Source of the DNA: Vulcanimicrobiota bacterium
GTDB taxonomy: Bacteria > Vulcanimicrobiota > Vulcanimicrobiia > Vulcanimicrobiales > Vulcanimicrobiaceae
Direction of reading: 5' to 3'
Assembly (NCBI GenBank): GCA_963795855.1
Contig: CAWCIZ010000005.1
Location: 1 to 64,000 of the forward strand
Length of the DNA stretch: 64,000 bases
Below are positions 11,815 through 22,089 of the stretch, piece after piece (the first letter of the stretch is position 1; each line of letters begins with the position of its first letter). The position numbers were made by a program, and so were the translations under genes. Under the pieces are notes generated by a model. It was not told the DNA's origin. It saw nothing but the letters and a program-made list of their open reading frames with translations, and made no database searches.

Positions 11815-12060
11815 ATGCAGCCGCCTACGAGCACCTTATCGACTACCTCTCGAGCGTTGCTAACTCCACGAGAGGCCGCTACCGAACTGCGCTGCGGCGT
11901 GACATCAATATATGAGCTGATGTCTAATCGCGGATTGCCCTATGTGCAATATTTGCGGAGGCGCTTGATCGAGCGGTCTGCAATCGATGATTTCATTGCG
12001 CGAAAGCGCCAGAACCAGCGCATTGCAGCCGGCAAGCGATGGGGAAGGGAGAACAAATGG
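11815..12060 (+). CDS. xis: Excisionase-family HTH protein (HTH_17)
   Basis: LLTPREAATELRCGVTSIYELMSNRGLPYVQYLRRRLIERSAIDDFI, immediately upstream of the integrase. 3' end uncertain (frame runs to 12138). Confidence 0.8.
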
Positions 12061-13330
12061 CAAGGAAGCGACGACGACGCCGCCGCGGGGACGCCGCCGT
12101 CAGAAAGACTTCATCGGGCTCGTTCGAGGCGCGAATAACTATCGGTTACGACGCTAGCGGACGGCGCGTACGAAAAAACCTCTACGCGCCCACTGAGGAA
12201 GCACTGCGCGCGCTCCTCTTGAGAGAGCAGCAGAAACTTGCGCGACGTCCAAAGCATTTTGCTGATGCCGAACGCGTAACCGTCGAATCCTTCTTGAAAG
12301 AATCGGCTGGAGACCGAGGTTCGTTCTGAAAATCGGCGCGCAACGTACGTTCTCCGCGAAGCAACATGCCGCAATCACGTATTCCCATACATCGGCAAAA
12401 TGCGACTGGCGTTCATCGAGGACGATCACGTGCGGGGACTCTTGCAAGCCTTATCCGCAAGAGGCGTCGGTGCTCGCACGCGTCAGACGGTGCACGCAAC
12501 GTTTGCGGCGCGCCTTCCAAGTTGCAGTGAGAGATAGACATTGTCAGCCAACCCCGTTGCGCTCGTAGATCGGCCGAGGGCACCTCGTGTCGAAAAACGG
12601 ATTCTCGACGAAGAGGAAGCACGCCTGTTGCTGCGGGCGGCGGAAGAAGACAATTATTATGCTCTTTATGTGCTAGACTCTAACCACAGGTATGCGTCAG
12701 GGCGAAATATTCGCGCTGGATTGGACCGATGTAGACCTTGAACGAGCAGTCTATTCGGGTTCGCGCTACGCTGTCGGAAGATGCGAGTGGAAAGTTAATC
12801 CGGCCTCAGCCAAAAACGGTCTCGTCCAGGCGGATCGTCGACCTTCCGCAGTTTGCCGTGAACGCCTTAAGATCGCATCGTGATCGTTCAGGATATAAGG
12901 CAGGCTATGTATTCGCGATTCTGACGGCGGCCCGTTACGCAAAAGTAACTTCCTACGCCGTAACTATCACCCTTTGCTTGAGCGCCCACGACTCTGCGAG
13001 CACTGCGGTGAAGTGTGGCTGCGGATTCCCTTAGTGGCATGTCCGAACTGTGCATCGGCAAACTCCAAGCGTCGACTCCCAAGGATAACTTTCCATACAT
13101 TGCGCCACGTCGCCAACTCGTTGCTTCTCGCAAGAGGAGCTAACATTAAACTGCTCGCTGACCGCCTCGGCCATTCTACCACTAGAACCACGTTGGAGCA
13201 CTACAGCCACGTGCTGACCGGCGCTCAACGAGAGGCAGCCCGAACGTTAGACGAACTGTTCACATCTTCGTCAGGCTCAGGCCAGCTGGCAGAGCCGAAG
13301 GGAGTCTCGTTAGAGCGAAAAGTTCAATAA
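12057..13330 (+). pseudogene. int: Tyrosine recombinase/integrase, frameshifted in this assembly
   Basis: GMRQGEIFALDWTDVDL, PKT..SRRIVDLP, FHTLRH, RLGHSTTRTTLEHYSHV; arm-binding-type N-terminus. Confidence 0.9.
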
Positions 13331-13367
13331 GCGGCGGCAAATGCTAGCGCACCGACCATCACCCGCG

Positions 13368-13736
13368 TCATTTTAGGACAAGTTGATCAAGATGCTTTCT
13401 TAGCCTCGCGTCAGCAAGCTCGTCCACGTAGCGAATACCGACTCGACCGACGTATTCGGGTCCGTTGACGATTTTTTCAATTCGCGCCACACAGAGGTAA
13501 TAATACACATCTGGGTGGCTCGGCGGACCTTGTTCCAGATATGACATGTCATCTGCTGGGTCGACCGGGCGCGCGTCCAGCAGTCTGCTGCGCCCAACGA
13601 TCTTGCCTTGGTGAGCGAAGAAAATAGTATCGCCGGTGCGCGCTCTCCGCGGGCATCCCCGTACCGGGAAGTATCGGAACCCTTTTTGCCCGACGCGAAA
13701 TTTTAACGAACGAGGTAATGACCTAATGATGTGCAT
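13368..13736 (-). CDS. Hypothetical protein, possible PUA-like (ASCH/EVE) fold
   Basis: Intact 122-aa ORF, GGAG RBS; motif TGDTIFFAHQGKIVG. Confidence 0.55.
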   Translation of the reverse strand: MHIIRSLPRSLKFRVGQKGFRYFPVRGCPRRARTGDTIFFAHQGKIVGRSRLLDARPVDPADDMSYLEQGPPSHPDVYYYLCVARIEKIVNGPEYVGRVGIRYVDELADARLRKHLDQLVLK

Positions 13737-14048
13737 TTATCGTCTCCGAGCGGGATATGATTTGCGCACGTTCTCGACCAAAGTTTGACCGGGTGCGGCA
13801 GAGCCATCTTCGTATAGGACGATCGGGACGAGACCGTACTCGCCGTATCTCGATTCGATCCGGATCGAGATCCACTCACTGACCTTTCGGTCACCTTGAA
13901 ACCTGTTTTCATAGTCGTAGGGTGGGATGCGTTTAATGTCACTGCGAGCGTCTCGTAGGCGCCCCGTTGTAGCCGACTTACGCTTAAACGCTACGTGGAA
14001 GCCCTCCAGCGCAAATATTGATCGCTCCACCTGTTCCAGTGTTGGCAT
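13737..14048 (-). CDS. Hypothetical protein, possible beta-grasp/ubiquitin-like
   Basis: Intact 103-aa ORF abutting the next gene; VERSIFALEGFHV...VLYEDGSAAPGQTLVENVRKSY. Confidence 0.6.
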   Translation of the reverse strand: MPTLEQVERSIFALEGFHVAFKRKSATTGRLRDARSDIKRIPPYDYENRFQGDRKVSEWISIRIESRYGEYGLVPIVLYEDGSAAPGQTLVENVRKSYPARRR

Positions 14049-14263
14049 ATGAATAGCCTAAAAATAACCTAAAGATAAGTCAATGGCTATTTATGCCCTA
14101 TTTCGGGTTTATTCGCACGCACAGGCCCGTCCGCCGGGCCAGAAAGACCGCCCCGTCCGCGGCGATTTTGGAGCGGCCGCCGCTCCGAGCCTCACTAATA
14201 CCGGAATCTGCGACCCTCGACCAACTTAGACCAAATCCGGACGTAACGAAGGCCAGTAAGCCT

Positions 14264-14293
14264 AAAACAAAAAGCCCGACATAATCGGGCTTT
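14264..14293 (-). terminator. Terminator downstream of tRNA-Ala
   Basis: AAAGCCCGA-5nt-TCGGGCTTT hairpin with a T-rich tail on the minus strand. Confidence 0.75.
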
Positions 14294-14297
14294 CAAA

Positions 14298-14374
14298 TGG
14301 TGGAGATGAGGAGACTCGAACTCCTGACCCCTTACATGCGAAGCAAGTGCTCTACCAGTCGAGCTTACATCCCC
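14298..14374 (-). tRNA. tRNA-Ala (anticodon CGC), CCA encoded
   Basis: GGGGATG...CTTGC-TTCGCAT-GTAAG...GGAGTTCGAGTCTCC-TCATCTCCACCA; G3:U70 alanine identity pair. D-arm slightly irregular. Confidence 0.95.
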
Positions 14375-14447
14375 ACGAACCTTCTCGAGATCCCACGCGC
14401 CCGAGTGAACTCAGGCTGACGACGTCGCTTCGAGGGCAACGCGGGTG

Positions 14448-14477
14448 ATTATACGACTGCGCCGTTGCCCCTGTCAA
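14448..14477 (-). promoter_or_regulatory. Consensus sigma70 promoter for tRNA-Ala
   Basis: TTGACA (14477-14472), 18-nt spacer, TATAAT (14453-14448). Confidence 0.8.
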
Positions 14478-14550
14478 AGCAACAAACTCCCGCTCAGCCG
14501 GTCCGACAAACGTCGGCCGCCAGGCAGGGTAGCGGTTGAGCGTCGCAATC

Positions 14551-14577
14551 TGAGAATGATTCTGCGAACGATTCGCA
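14551..14577 (+). promoter_or_regulatory. Candidate Zur/Fur operator (two overlapping palindromes)
   Basis: TGAGAATGATTCTGC overlapping TGCGAA-CGA-TTCGCA just upstream of zur-znuACB. Confidence 0.55.
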
Positions 14578-14589
14578 AAACCAGTCGAT

Positions 14590-14976
14590 ATGCGCACTCA
14601 GTACAGCACGCGGCCACGCGAACGAATCGCTGAGATTCTTCGAACGGAGCAGCGCTATCTCTCCGCTGCCGAGATTCATACGATACTGAAGAAAACGCCG
14701 GCGAAGGTCTCGCTTTCGACGGTGTACCGGACGCTTGACTTGCTGCAAGCCAAGGGGGAGGCGAGTTCTCGCGTCGACGCGCGCGGTGAAGCCACGTACG
14801 TCGTGTGCGCGCCTACGCATCATCACCACGCCATCTGCCGCTCGTGCGGAAAAGTCGAGGAACTGGCGTGCGAGGCACTCGAGCGCATCGCAAACGAACT
14901 GCGCAGTCATCACGGCTTCGAACTCGCCGATCACGAGATGGAGTTTTTCGGAAAATGCGCCGCATGCCGCGCATAA
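14590..14976 (+). CDS. zur: Fur-family regulator (Zur-like)
   Basis: SLSTVYRTL, HHHHAICRSCG, GKCAAC; first gene of a metal ABC operon. Confidence 0.85.
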   Translation: MRTQYSTRPRERIAEILRTEQRYLSAAEIHTILKKTPAKVSLSTVYRTLDLLQAKGEASSRVDARGEATYVVCAPTHHHHAICRSCGKVEELACEALERIANELRSHHGFELADHEMEFFGKCAACRA

Positions 14977-15840
14977 CCGCTGCAGCGATCGTTTTGGCGC
15001 TGATTTTGCCGGCGTGCGGCGGGCATGCCGTTACGCAGCCTTCCGGTTCGCAAAATCAACGTCGTTACCACGTTTTCAACGCTGAACTCGTTCGTCGAAG
15101 GCGTCGGCGGCAATCGCGTGAACGTGCAAAATCTGGTTCCGGTCGGCGCATCTCCGGAGACATATCAGCCGTCACCGCAAGACGTCGCCGCGCTGAGCGG
15201 CGCGCAGCTTGTCGTGGAGAACGGCGCCGGCATCGAGGCTTGGCTGCAGCACACGATTCAGAGTGCCGGCAATACGCACATGCGCGTCCTCGTACTTTCG
15301 GACGGGCTGTCGAAAATCGATCGCAATCCGCATCTGTGGATGGACCCGGTACTAGCACGCGCATACGTCGATAAAATTCGCGCGGCGTTGGACCAGCTTG
15401 ATCCCGCGCACAAGACCGAATACGATCGCAATGCAGCCGCGTACGGCGCGCGGCTCGTCGCGCTGCAAGGATGGATCGCCACGCAGATTGCGACCATTCC
15501 GCGTGAGCAGCGCGCGATGATCGTCTTCCACAACGCCTGGGATTACTACAATCGGCGCTTCGGCATTCAAACGGTGGGCGTGATCGAACTCTCTCCCGGC
15601 CAAGACCCGAATCCCGCATACATCGCCGCACTCGTCGACAGCGCGCGCAAGCATCACGTTCGCGCGGTCTTCGCGGAACCGGAGTACAGTCCGAAACTGG
15701 CGCAGACGCTGGCAAAAAGCGCAGGAATTCGAATCGTCTCCAATCTCTACGACGATTCGGTCGGCAACGATCCGCGCGTGCACGATTACACGAGTATGCT
15801 GCGCTACGACACGAGCGTGATCGTGCAGGCGCTGAAGTGA
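14964..15840 (+). CDS. znuA: Zn/Mn ABC transporter substrate-binding lipoprotein (one frameshift near 15050)
   Basis: Lipobox LPAC, NPHLWMDP, FHNAWDY. Confidence 0.85.
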
Positions 15841-16604
15841 ACGGTTCCGCGCGCGACGCAGTCGTCGTCCGTGATTTGGTCGTGCAGTACGATCGGCACG
15901 TCGCGCTCGACGGCGCGACGCTCACCGTGGCGCGCGGCGAAGCGCTCGGTATCGTCGGACCGAACGGCTCCGGCAAATCAACGTTATTGAAAACGATTGC
16001 GGGACTGCTTCAGCCGTCTTTCGGCACGGTTACGGTTTTCGGAAAACAGCCGAGCGCCCTACCACCCGGATCGATCGCATACGTCCCGCAGATTGAAGAC
16101 GTCGACTGGTCGTTTCCCGCAACGGTCTGGGACGTCGTCGCGATGGGACGCTTTCCGCGCCTTGGAATGTTCCGGCGTTTCGGCGCGAGCGATCGCGCAG
16201 CCGTTCAGCGAGGCTTGGACTTGGTGAACATGCGCGCACTCGCGCGGCGTCATATTTCAGCGCTTTCCGGCGGCCAGCAGCAGCGCGTGTTCGTAGCGCG
16301 AGCGATCGCGCAAGAGCCGAGCCTGTTGCTGCTCGACGAACCCACCACCGGCGTAGATGCGGCAACGGAAGAAGCGCTGCGCAAAGTGATTCGGGAACTC
16401 GTCAAAGCCGGCATGCCGGTCATGATGTCGACGCACCATTTGGAGCGCGCGTCGGAATGGTTCGATCGGCTTATCGTCCTCAATCGGCGCGTTCTCTCGA
16501 TAGGCACGCCGGACGAGGTGCTCGCGTCCGGTGCGTACGCCGAATTGCACGGTGAAATGCACGTGCACGGCCACGGCGTGGGCGACAGGCACGGGCACGA
16601 CTGA
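15837..16604 (+). CDS. znuC: Metal ABC transporter ATPase
   Basis: GPNGSGKS, LSGGQQQR, LDEP; His-rich tail. Confidence 0.9.
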   Translation: MNGSARDAVVVRDLVVQYDRHVALDGATLTVARGEALGIVGPNGSGKSTLLKTIAGLLQPSFGTVTVFGKQPSALPPGSIAYVPQIEDVDWSFPATVWDVVAMGRFPRLGMFRRFGASDRAAVQRGLDLVNMRALARRHISALSGGQQQRVFVARAIAQEPSLLLLDEPTTGVDAATEEALRKVIRELVKAGMPVMMSTHHLERASEWFDRLIVLNRRVLSIGTPDEVLASGAYAELHGEMHVHGHGVGDRHGHD

Positions 16605-16605
16605 C

Positions 16606-17430
16606 ATGCAGCACTGGCTCGATCCGTTTCACTATGAATTCATGCAGCGCGCGTTCGTAACGGCGCTGCTCGTGGGCCTCTTGTGCTCGGCGATGGGCAC
16701 GTACGTCGTCTTGCGCAAACTTGCGTTCATCGGCGACGGCATCGCGCACGCGTCGTTCGCGGGCATCGTCATCGCGTACTTGCGCGGCGTAGACTACTAC
16801 ATCGGCGCCGGCGTCGTCGCGGTCGTCACTGCGCTGGGCATCGGGTTCGTCCATCGGCGCGGCCGCATCGCGCTCGACACGGCGATCGGCGTGCTCTTCA
16901 CCGGCGCATTCGCACTCGGTATATTTTTGATGAGCAGGCAGCGCTCGTATTCGATCGATCTGCAGAGTTTTCTCTTCGGCGACATTCTTTCGGTGAATCA
17001 CCAGGATGTGCTGATGATCGTCGCGCTGGCTTTATTCGTCGCACTCGTGACGGCGCTGCTCTGGCGAGCGCTGTTGTACACGTCGTTCGATCCGGTCGTC
17101 GCGCAAGCCAGCGGCATGGACGCGCAATTCATCGAATACGTCTTGCTGGTGCTGCTCGCATTGACGATCGTGATATCGCTGCAGGCCGTCGGCATCGTGC
17201 TGGTCGCGGCCCTGCTCGTCACGCCCGCCGCCGCCGCGTATCAACTCACGACGCGTTTTACGCGCATGATGGCGCTCGCGGCGTTTCTCGGAGCGCTCAG
17301 TGCAGTCGGCGGGTTATACCTCTCTTACTTTTTGCGCAGTTCCAGCGGCGCGACGATCGTGCTTCTCGCGACGGTGCTGTTCTTCGTTGCAATCGGCGGG
17401 AAACAGGTCCGAGCGCGGCTAGTTCGCTGA
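16606..17430 (+). CDS. znuB: Metal ABC transporter permease
   Basis: FIGDGIAHASFAG, LFGDIL, ABC-3 family pattern. Confidence 0.9.
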   Translation: MQHWLDPFHYEFMQRAFVTALLVGLLCSAMGTYVVLRKLAFIGDGIAHASFAGIVIAYLRGVDYYIGAGVVAVVTALGIGFVHRRGRIALDTAIGVLFTGAFALGIFLMSRQRSYSIDLQSFLFGDILSVNHQDVLMIVALALFVALVTALLWRALLYTSFDPVVAQASGMDAQFIEYVLLVLLALTIVISLQAVGIVLVAALLVTPAAAAYQLTTRFTRMMALAAFLGALSAVGGLYLSYFLRSSSGATIVLLATVLFFVAIGGKQVRARLVR

Positions 17431-18508
17431 ACGAAGCACGCGCCAGCGCTCCTCGCCGGTTTTCTCGAGAAATCCGCCGGCGGCGAGCGCCTCGAGCGCT
17501 TCCGACATCGCCGCGCGTTCGTTTTTGTTCGGCATTCCGGCCCAGCGCATGGCGGCGTCGGTCAATTGCACGTCCTCGCCCGGGCGCAGTAATCCGCTAA
17601 AAATCCCTGCGGCAATTTCACGCGTTCCATCCGGCGCGAGACCGGTTCGAGCGCGCGCTCGAAATCCGAAGCGGAAACGTGCAGCGCCGGCTGCGGCTCG
17701 GGGTTCGGAGTAGGGCGCCGGGGCAGGCGCGTGAACTGCTGGTGGCGGCGGGCGTTGCGCCATCGCGCGGTCGGTCATGCCGGGAAACCACTCGCCGAGC
17801 ATCGCGGCGAGCGTGTGCAGCGGCACGGCGTTGAGTATCGTGGGGCGCGTGCGTATCGCGCGCACGACACGCTCGGCAACGTGCGACGCCTCCACCGTAA
17901 CCCAATCCGGCCCGAACGATTCGATGCCCGCGTTTTTGCTGAAATTCGTGCGCACGCTTCCGGGATCGATGTACGTCACGGCGATGCCGGTGTCGCGCAG
18001 TTCACGCCGAAGCTGCGTGGTCATCGCGCGCACTGCGGCCTTCGCCGCGCAATACGCGCCGTAATATGGCGACGGAACTCGCGCAAGACCGGAACCGACG
18101 AACATGACTTGGCCGTTCGCTTCACGCAGCAGCGGCAGCGCTGCGCGCGTAATTCTGAGCGGCGCCGCGACGTGCAGATGCCACTGCGCATCGATGTCCT
18201 CGTCGCTCTGCTCCAGCAGGCGTCCTCCGGTCGCGGCACCGGCATTATTTATCAGCACATCCAGACGCCCGAAACATTCTCGCGCCGTTTGCACGATGCG
18301 CTGCGGAGTGTCCCCATCCGTCACGTCCGCCGCGAGCGTGACGCAGATACCGCCGTCTTCCAGAATTCGCGAGGCAAGGCCGTCGAGTTGTTCTTTGTGG
18401 CGCGACACGGCAACGATCGCGTAGCCCTCGAGCGCGGCTTTCAGCGCGATCTCGTGGCCGATCCCGGAACCGGCGCCGGTGACGACGATCGCTTTGCGAT
18501 TCAGGCAT
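17419..18508 (-). CDS. SDR oxidoreductase with C-terminal extension (probable indels)
   Basis: TGAGSGIG, NNAG, YCAAK. Confidence 0.85.
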
Positions 18509-18509
18509 G

Positions 18510-19753
18510 CACGCTCGGCATTCATGGCTACGTACTCTTCGTAGCGAGCCTTCTGATAGCCCTCGTTCATATTCGCATACCAATCTTCTTCGCGCACGAT
18601 GGGCGCGCGGCGGCGGCACGACGGGGCGCGTTTCGCCCGCGAATCGCGCGAGAGCATTGGCGACGGCTTTGTCGGTGCCGTCGGAACGAATCATGCCGAA
18701 GGTCAATTCGTGCTTGCGCGCGATCGAACGGCGGCGTATCGGCGAGGTCTTTGGCATAATCGGCCCAGTTCCACCAAAATGCGCCGAGCGCGCCGCGCCG
18801 CTGCAGCCGGTCGAGCACGCCGTAACAATACGCCGACATTTCATCTTCCGTCAAACAGGCGTACGGGGCCGCATTCGGCGGAAGATTTTTACCGTCCGGC
18901 GCGGGTTCGCCGGGAAGCGGAACGCGATCGTACGGCGAGACGGTTCCAGGCGGACACGTCGGATTGCCGAACTCATTGAACAGCACCGCTTTTCCCGACA
19001 TCGACTGCATAAGTTGGCAGAGGAACGGCACGACCTCGGGGTCGGTTCGGCTGCGCGCGAAATGACTGTACACCGAATATCCGTGCATTACCGAGCATGG
19101 AAACGGCGCACAAAATGACGACGGGCGAATCCCGCGGTCTTCCGTCAGATCCTCGCTGTGGTTTCCGGCGGTGGTTTGCGCGCCGGAGACTTCGTACAGA
19201 TCGTCGGTCAGGCGCTTTGACCACTGTGCCGATTCTTGCGGCGAATTTGCGCTGCGCAGGTTGCTGAATTCATTGCCGAGATCCCACAGATACAGCGCTT
19301 CGTGATTTTTGCATCGCTCACCGATGGCGCGCACGTGCAAACGCGCCGCGTCGAGCAAAGCGCCGCTGTAGAAATCGCCGGCGCCCCACGGCAATTCCCG
19401 CATTCCGCGCCCGAACGTGCGAAAGCGCCCGTGCGGGCGCGAACGGTCGAGCGACCATTCGGGCAGATAATTGATGCCGCTCATATGACCGGTAAAAAAC
19501 GTCGGCATCGCCGCGCAGCCGCTCCGCGCGCCGCGCTTCCATGACCGCATCGAAACGCTGCAGCATTTGCGGGTCCATGCGATCCGCCGCCGGCTGAAAG
19601 TCGTCCCACATGATGAAAAACCGCACGACGGAAAGACCCAGCGAGCGAATGCGCGCAAAGTCTTCGCGAATCTCGCCGAGCGTCGAAGCGTTCCCACATG
19701 TACATCGCGCTGCGGCGAGGCCAATAGTTGATGCCGAGCAGAAAAGCACTCAT
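18510..19753 (-). CDS. GH5-like glycoside hydrolase (beta-mannanase-type), frameshifted
   Basis: [27 protein letters not shown] (acid/base), HGY, FNEFG (nucleophile). Confidence 0.75.
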
Positions 19754-19775
19754 AGCCGTAGACATATTTACCCGA

Positions 19776-20271
19776 ATGGCAGAAATCGCATGGCACTCAC
19801 GCCCTCGTCGGCATCATCATGGGCAGCGTTTCCGACATGGAAACGATGGCCGGCGCCCGGGACATGCTCGAAGAACTCGACATCCCATTCGAAATGCGCG
19901 TCATCTCGGCGCACCGGACGCCCGAGGAAATGTTCGACTATGCCGAAGAAGCGGCGCGGGCGCGGGCATCCGCGTCATCATCGCGGGCGCCGGCGGCGCG
20001 GCGCATCTTCCGGGGATGACGGCGGCGCGCACGCTGCTGCCGGTAATCGGCGTGCCGGTGCAATCGCAAGCGCTCAGTGGAATCGATTCGCTTGCTTTCG
20101 ATCGCGCAAATGCCCAAAGGTGTGCCGGTCGCCACCGTCGCGATCGGAAATGCCGCGAATGCAGCGCTGCTGGCCGCGCGCATCATAGCGTTGACCGAGC
20201 CTGCCGTGCTGCAGCGCTTGACGCAGTACGTGGAACGCATGCACGACGACGTCGTGTCGATTCGTCTGTAG
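19776..20271 (+). CDS. purE: N5-CAIR mutase (frameshifted, likely sequencing error)
   Basis: [41 protein letters not shown]. Confidence 0.9.
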
Positions 20272-20273
20272 CC

Positions 20274-21434
20274 GTGATTGAAACGATCGGCGTCATCGGC
20301 GGCGGACAGTTGGGCCGCATGTTCGCGCTCGATGCAAAGCGCATGGGGTATGACGTCGTGACGCTCGATCCGCAGCCGCGTTCGCCGTGCGGACAAGTTG
20401 CCGACGAACAAATCGTCGCGCACTACGACGACATGGATGCAATCGATGCGCTCGGACGCCGCACCGACATCGTGACCTATGAGTTCGAAAACATCGCTAT
20501 CGAATCGGTCGAGCGTTTGGAAAAGAGCGGCTTTGCCGTCACGCCGAGCAGTCACGTGCTGCGCGTTACGCAAAACCGTTTGCTGGAGAAGAAGTTCGTA
20601 CGCTCCTGCGGCATTCCGGTGGCTGAATTCGCCGCAGTGGAACGCGCGGAAGATTTGCCGCGCGCGTGCGAGCGCATCGGCTTTCCGGCGGTAATGAAAA
20701 CCGTGCGCGGCGGGTACGACGGCAAGGGGCAGTGGCGTGTCGAGGATGCGCAGCAAGCCGCGGACGCGCTTGCAGAATCGAACGGCGTGCAGCTCATTTA
20801 CGAGGCGTTCGTGCCGTTCGCATGCGAGATCAGCGTGGTCTGCGCGCGCAATGCCGCGGGAGAAATCGTCACGTACCCGCCGTCGGAGAACATCCACGAT
20901 CGCGGGATACTCTTCGAGTCCATCGTGCCGGCGCGCGTCGGCGCGCTCGTCGCGGACCAAGCGCGCGCGTATGCCCAGACCATCGCGTCGTCTTTGCATA
21001 TCGCCGGCACGTTCTGCGTGGAGTTTTTCGTCGGCCGCGGCGGCGAGGTGCTCGTCAATGAAATCGCCCCGCGCCCGCACAACAGCGGGCACTACACGAT
21101 CGACGCCACGCGCTGCTCGCAGTACGAGCAGCACGTGCGCTCGATCTGCGGTTTGCCGCTCTCCGAGCCGGAATTGCTCCGAAACGCCGTTATGGTGAAC
21201 ATTCTGGGCGCGGGCTGCGGTAATCATCTCACCGGTGTGCGGCAGCTGCTGCGCGATCCCAATATCGTGCTGCACATGTACGGCAAGAAGCATGCGGTAA
21301 ACCGTCGCAAAATGGGCCACTTCACGATGCTCGTCGACGGGCCGATTACGGATGCGGTACTCGAGCGCGCTCGCGCTGCGCATGGTTTGCTGCAGTGGTC
21401 CGAACATTTCGAAGATGCGCCTGCTCGTCGTTGA
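20274..21434 (+). CDS. purK: N5-CAIR synthase
   Basis: [29 protein letters not shown]. Confidence 0.95.
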   Translation: MIETIGVIGGGQLGRMFALDAKRMGYDVVTLDPQPRSPCGQVADEQIVAHYDDMDAIDALGRRTDIVTYEFENIAIESVERLEKSGFAVTPSSHVLRVTQNRLLEKKFVRSCGIPVAEFAAVERAEDLPRACERIGFPAVMKTVRGGYDGKGQWRVEDAQQAADALAESNGVQLIYEAFVPFACEISVVCARNAAGEIVTYPPSENIHDRGILFESIVPARVGALVADQARAYAQTIASSLHIAGTFCVEFFVGRGGEVLVNEIAPRPHNSGHYTIDATRCSQYEQHVRSICGLPLSEPELLRNAVMVNILGAGCGNHLTGVRQLLRDPNIVLHMYGKKHAVNRRKMGHFTMLVDGPITDAVLERARAAHGLLQWSEHFEDAPARR

Positions 21435-22089
21435 AGACGACGTCCGGCTGTGCGACGTGCTTCGCCGCGGGTTGAGCGAACAGGGTCACGTGGTGGATGT
21501 CGCTCACGACGGTGAAAACGGCGAGGAGTGGGCGCAGGGCGCGCCCTACGACGCGGTGATTTTGGACGTAAATCTTCCCAGACGCGACGGACTCACGGTC
21601 GTGCGTTCCTTGCGCGCGCGAAACGTGCGCACGCCGGTCCTCATGCTGACTTCGCGCGACACGACGGAAGACGCGATTGCGGGTCTGGATGCCGGCGCCG
21701 ATGATTACCTTCGCAAGCCCTTCGTTTTCGGGGAATTGGAGGCGCGCTTGCGAACGATCGTGCGGCGCGGACCGAGCGAACAGGCCGGGGCGCAGTTGCA
21801 GGTCGCGGATCTCGTTTTCGACCTGCAGTCGCGTCGCGTGCGGCGCGGCCAACGCACCATCGAACTGACGGCGCGCGAAGCGGCATTTTTGGAATACTTC
21901 ATGCGAAATGCCGGCAGGCTCATCACGCGTTCGATGATTGAGGACGCGTTGTTCGAGCGTGAGAGCGAGACGACGTCGAACGTAGTCGAAGTGTACGTCA
22001 GCCGCCTTCGCGCGAAACTGACGAGCGGCCGCGAAGCCGAGCTGCTGCATACGGTTCGCGGCTCCGGGTACCGTTTCGGCGAACGATGA
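21415..22089 (+). CDS. OmpR-family response regulator
   Basis: [26 protein letters not shown]. Confidence 0.95.
   Translation: MRLLVVEDDVRLCDVLRRGLSEQGHVVDVAHDGENGEEWAQGAPYDAVILDVNLPRRDGLTVVRSLRARNVRTPVLMLTSRDTTEDAIAGLDAGADDYLRKPFVFGELEARLRTIVRRGPSEQAGAQLQVADLVFDLQSRRVRRGQRTIELTAREAAFLEYFMRNAGRLITRSMIEDALFERESETTSNVVEVYVSRLRAKLTSGREAELLHTVRGSGYRFGER

Larger units (their letters stand above)
1..14297. mobile_element. Integrative (probably mobilizable, IME-like) genomic island inserted at the 3' end of tRNA-Ala; left end outside window
   Basis: Tyrosine integrase and excisionase near the tRNA 3' end; oriT, RHH protein, relaxase-helicase and ssb inside. No T4SS genes and no second copy of the tRNA 3' end were seen in the window. 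Confidence 0.8.

Noticed and set aside
19728..21434. PurE-PurK fusion ORF
   Set aside because: purE motifs are spread over three frames with its own stop at 20271; sequencing indels.
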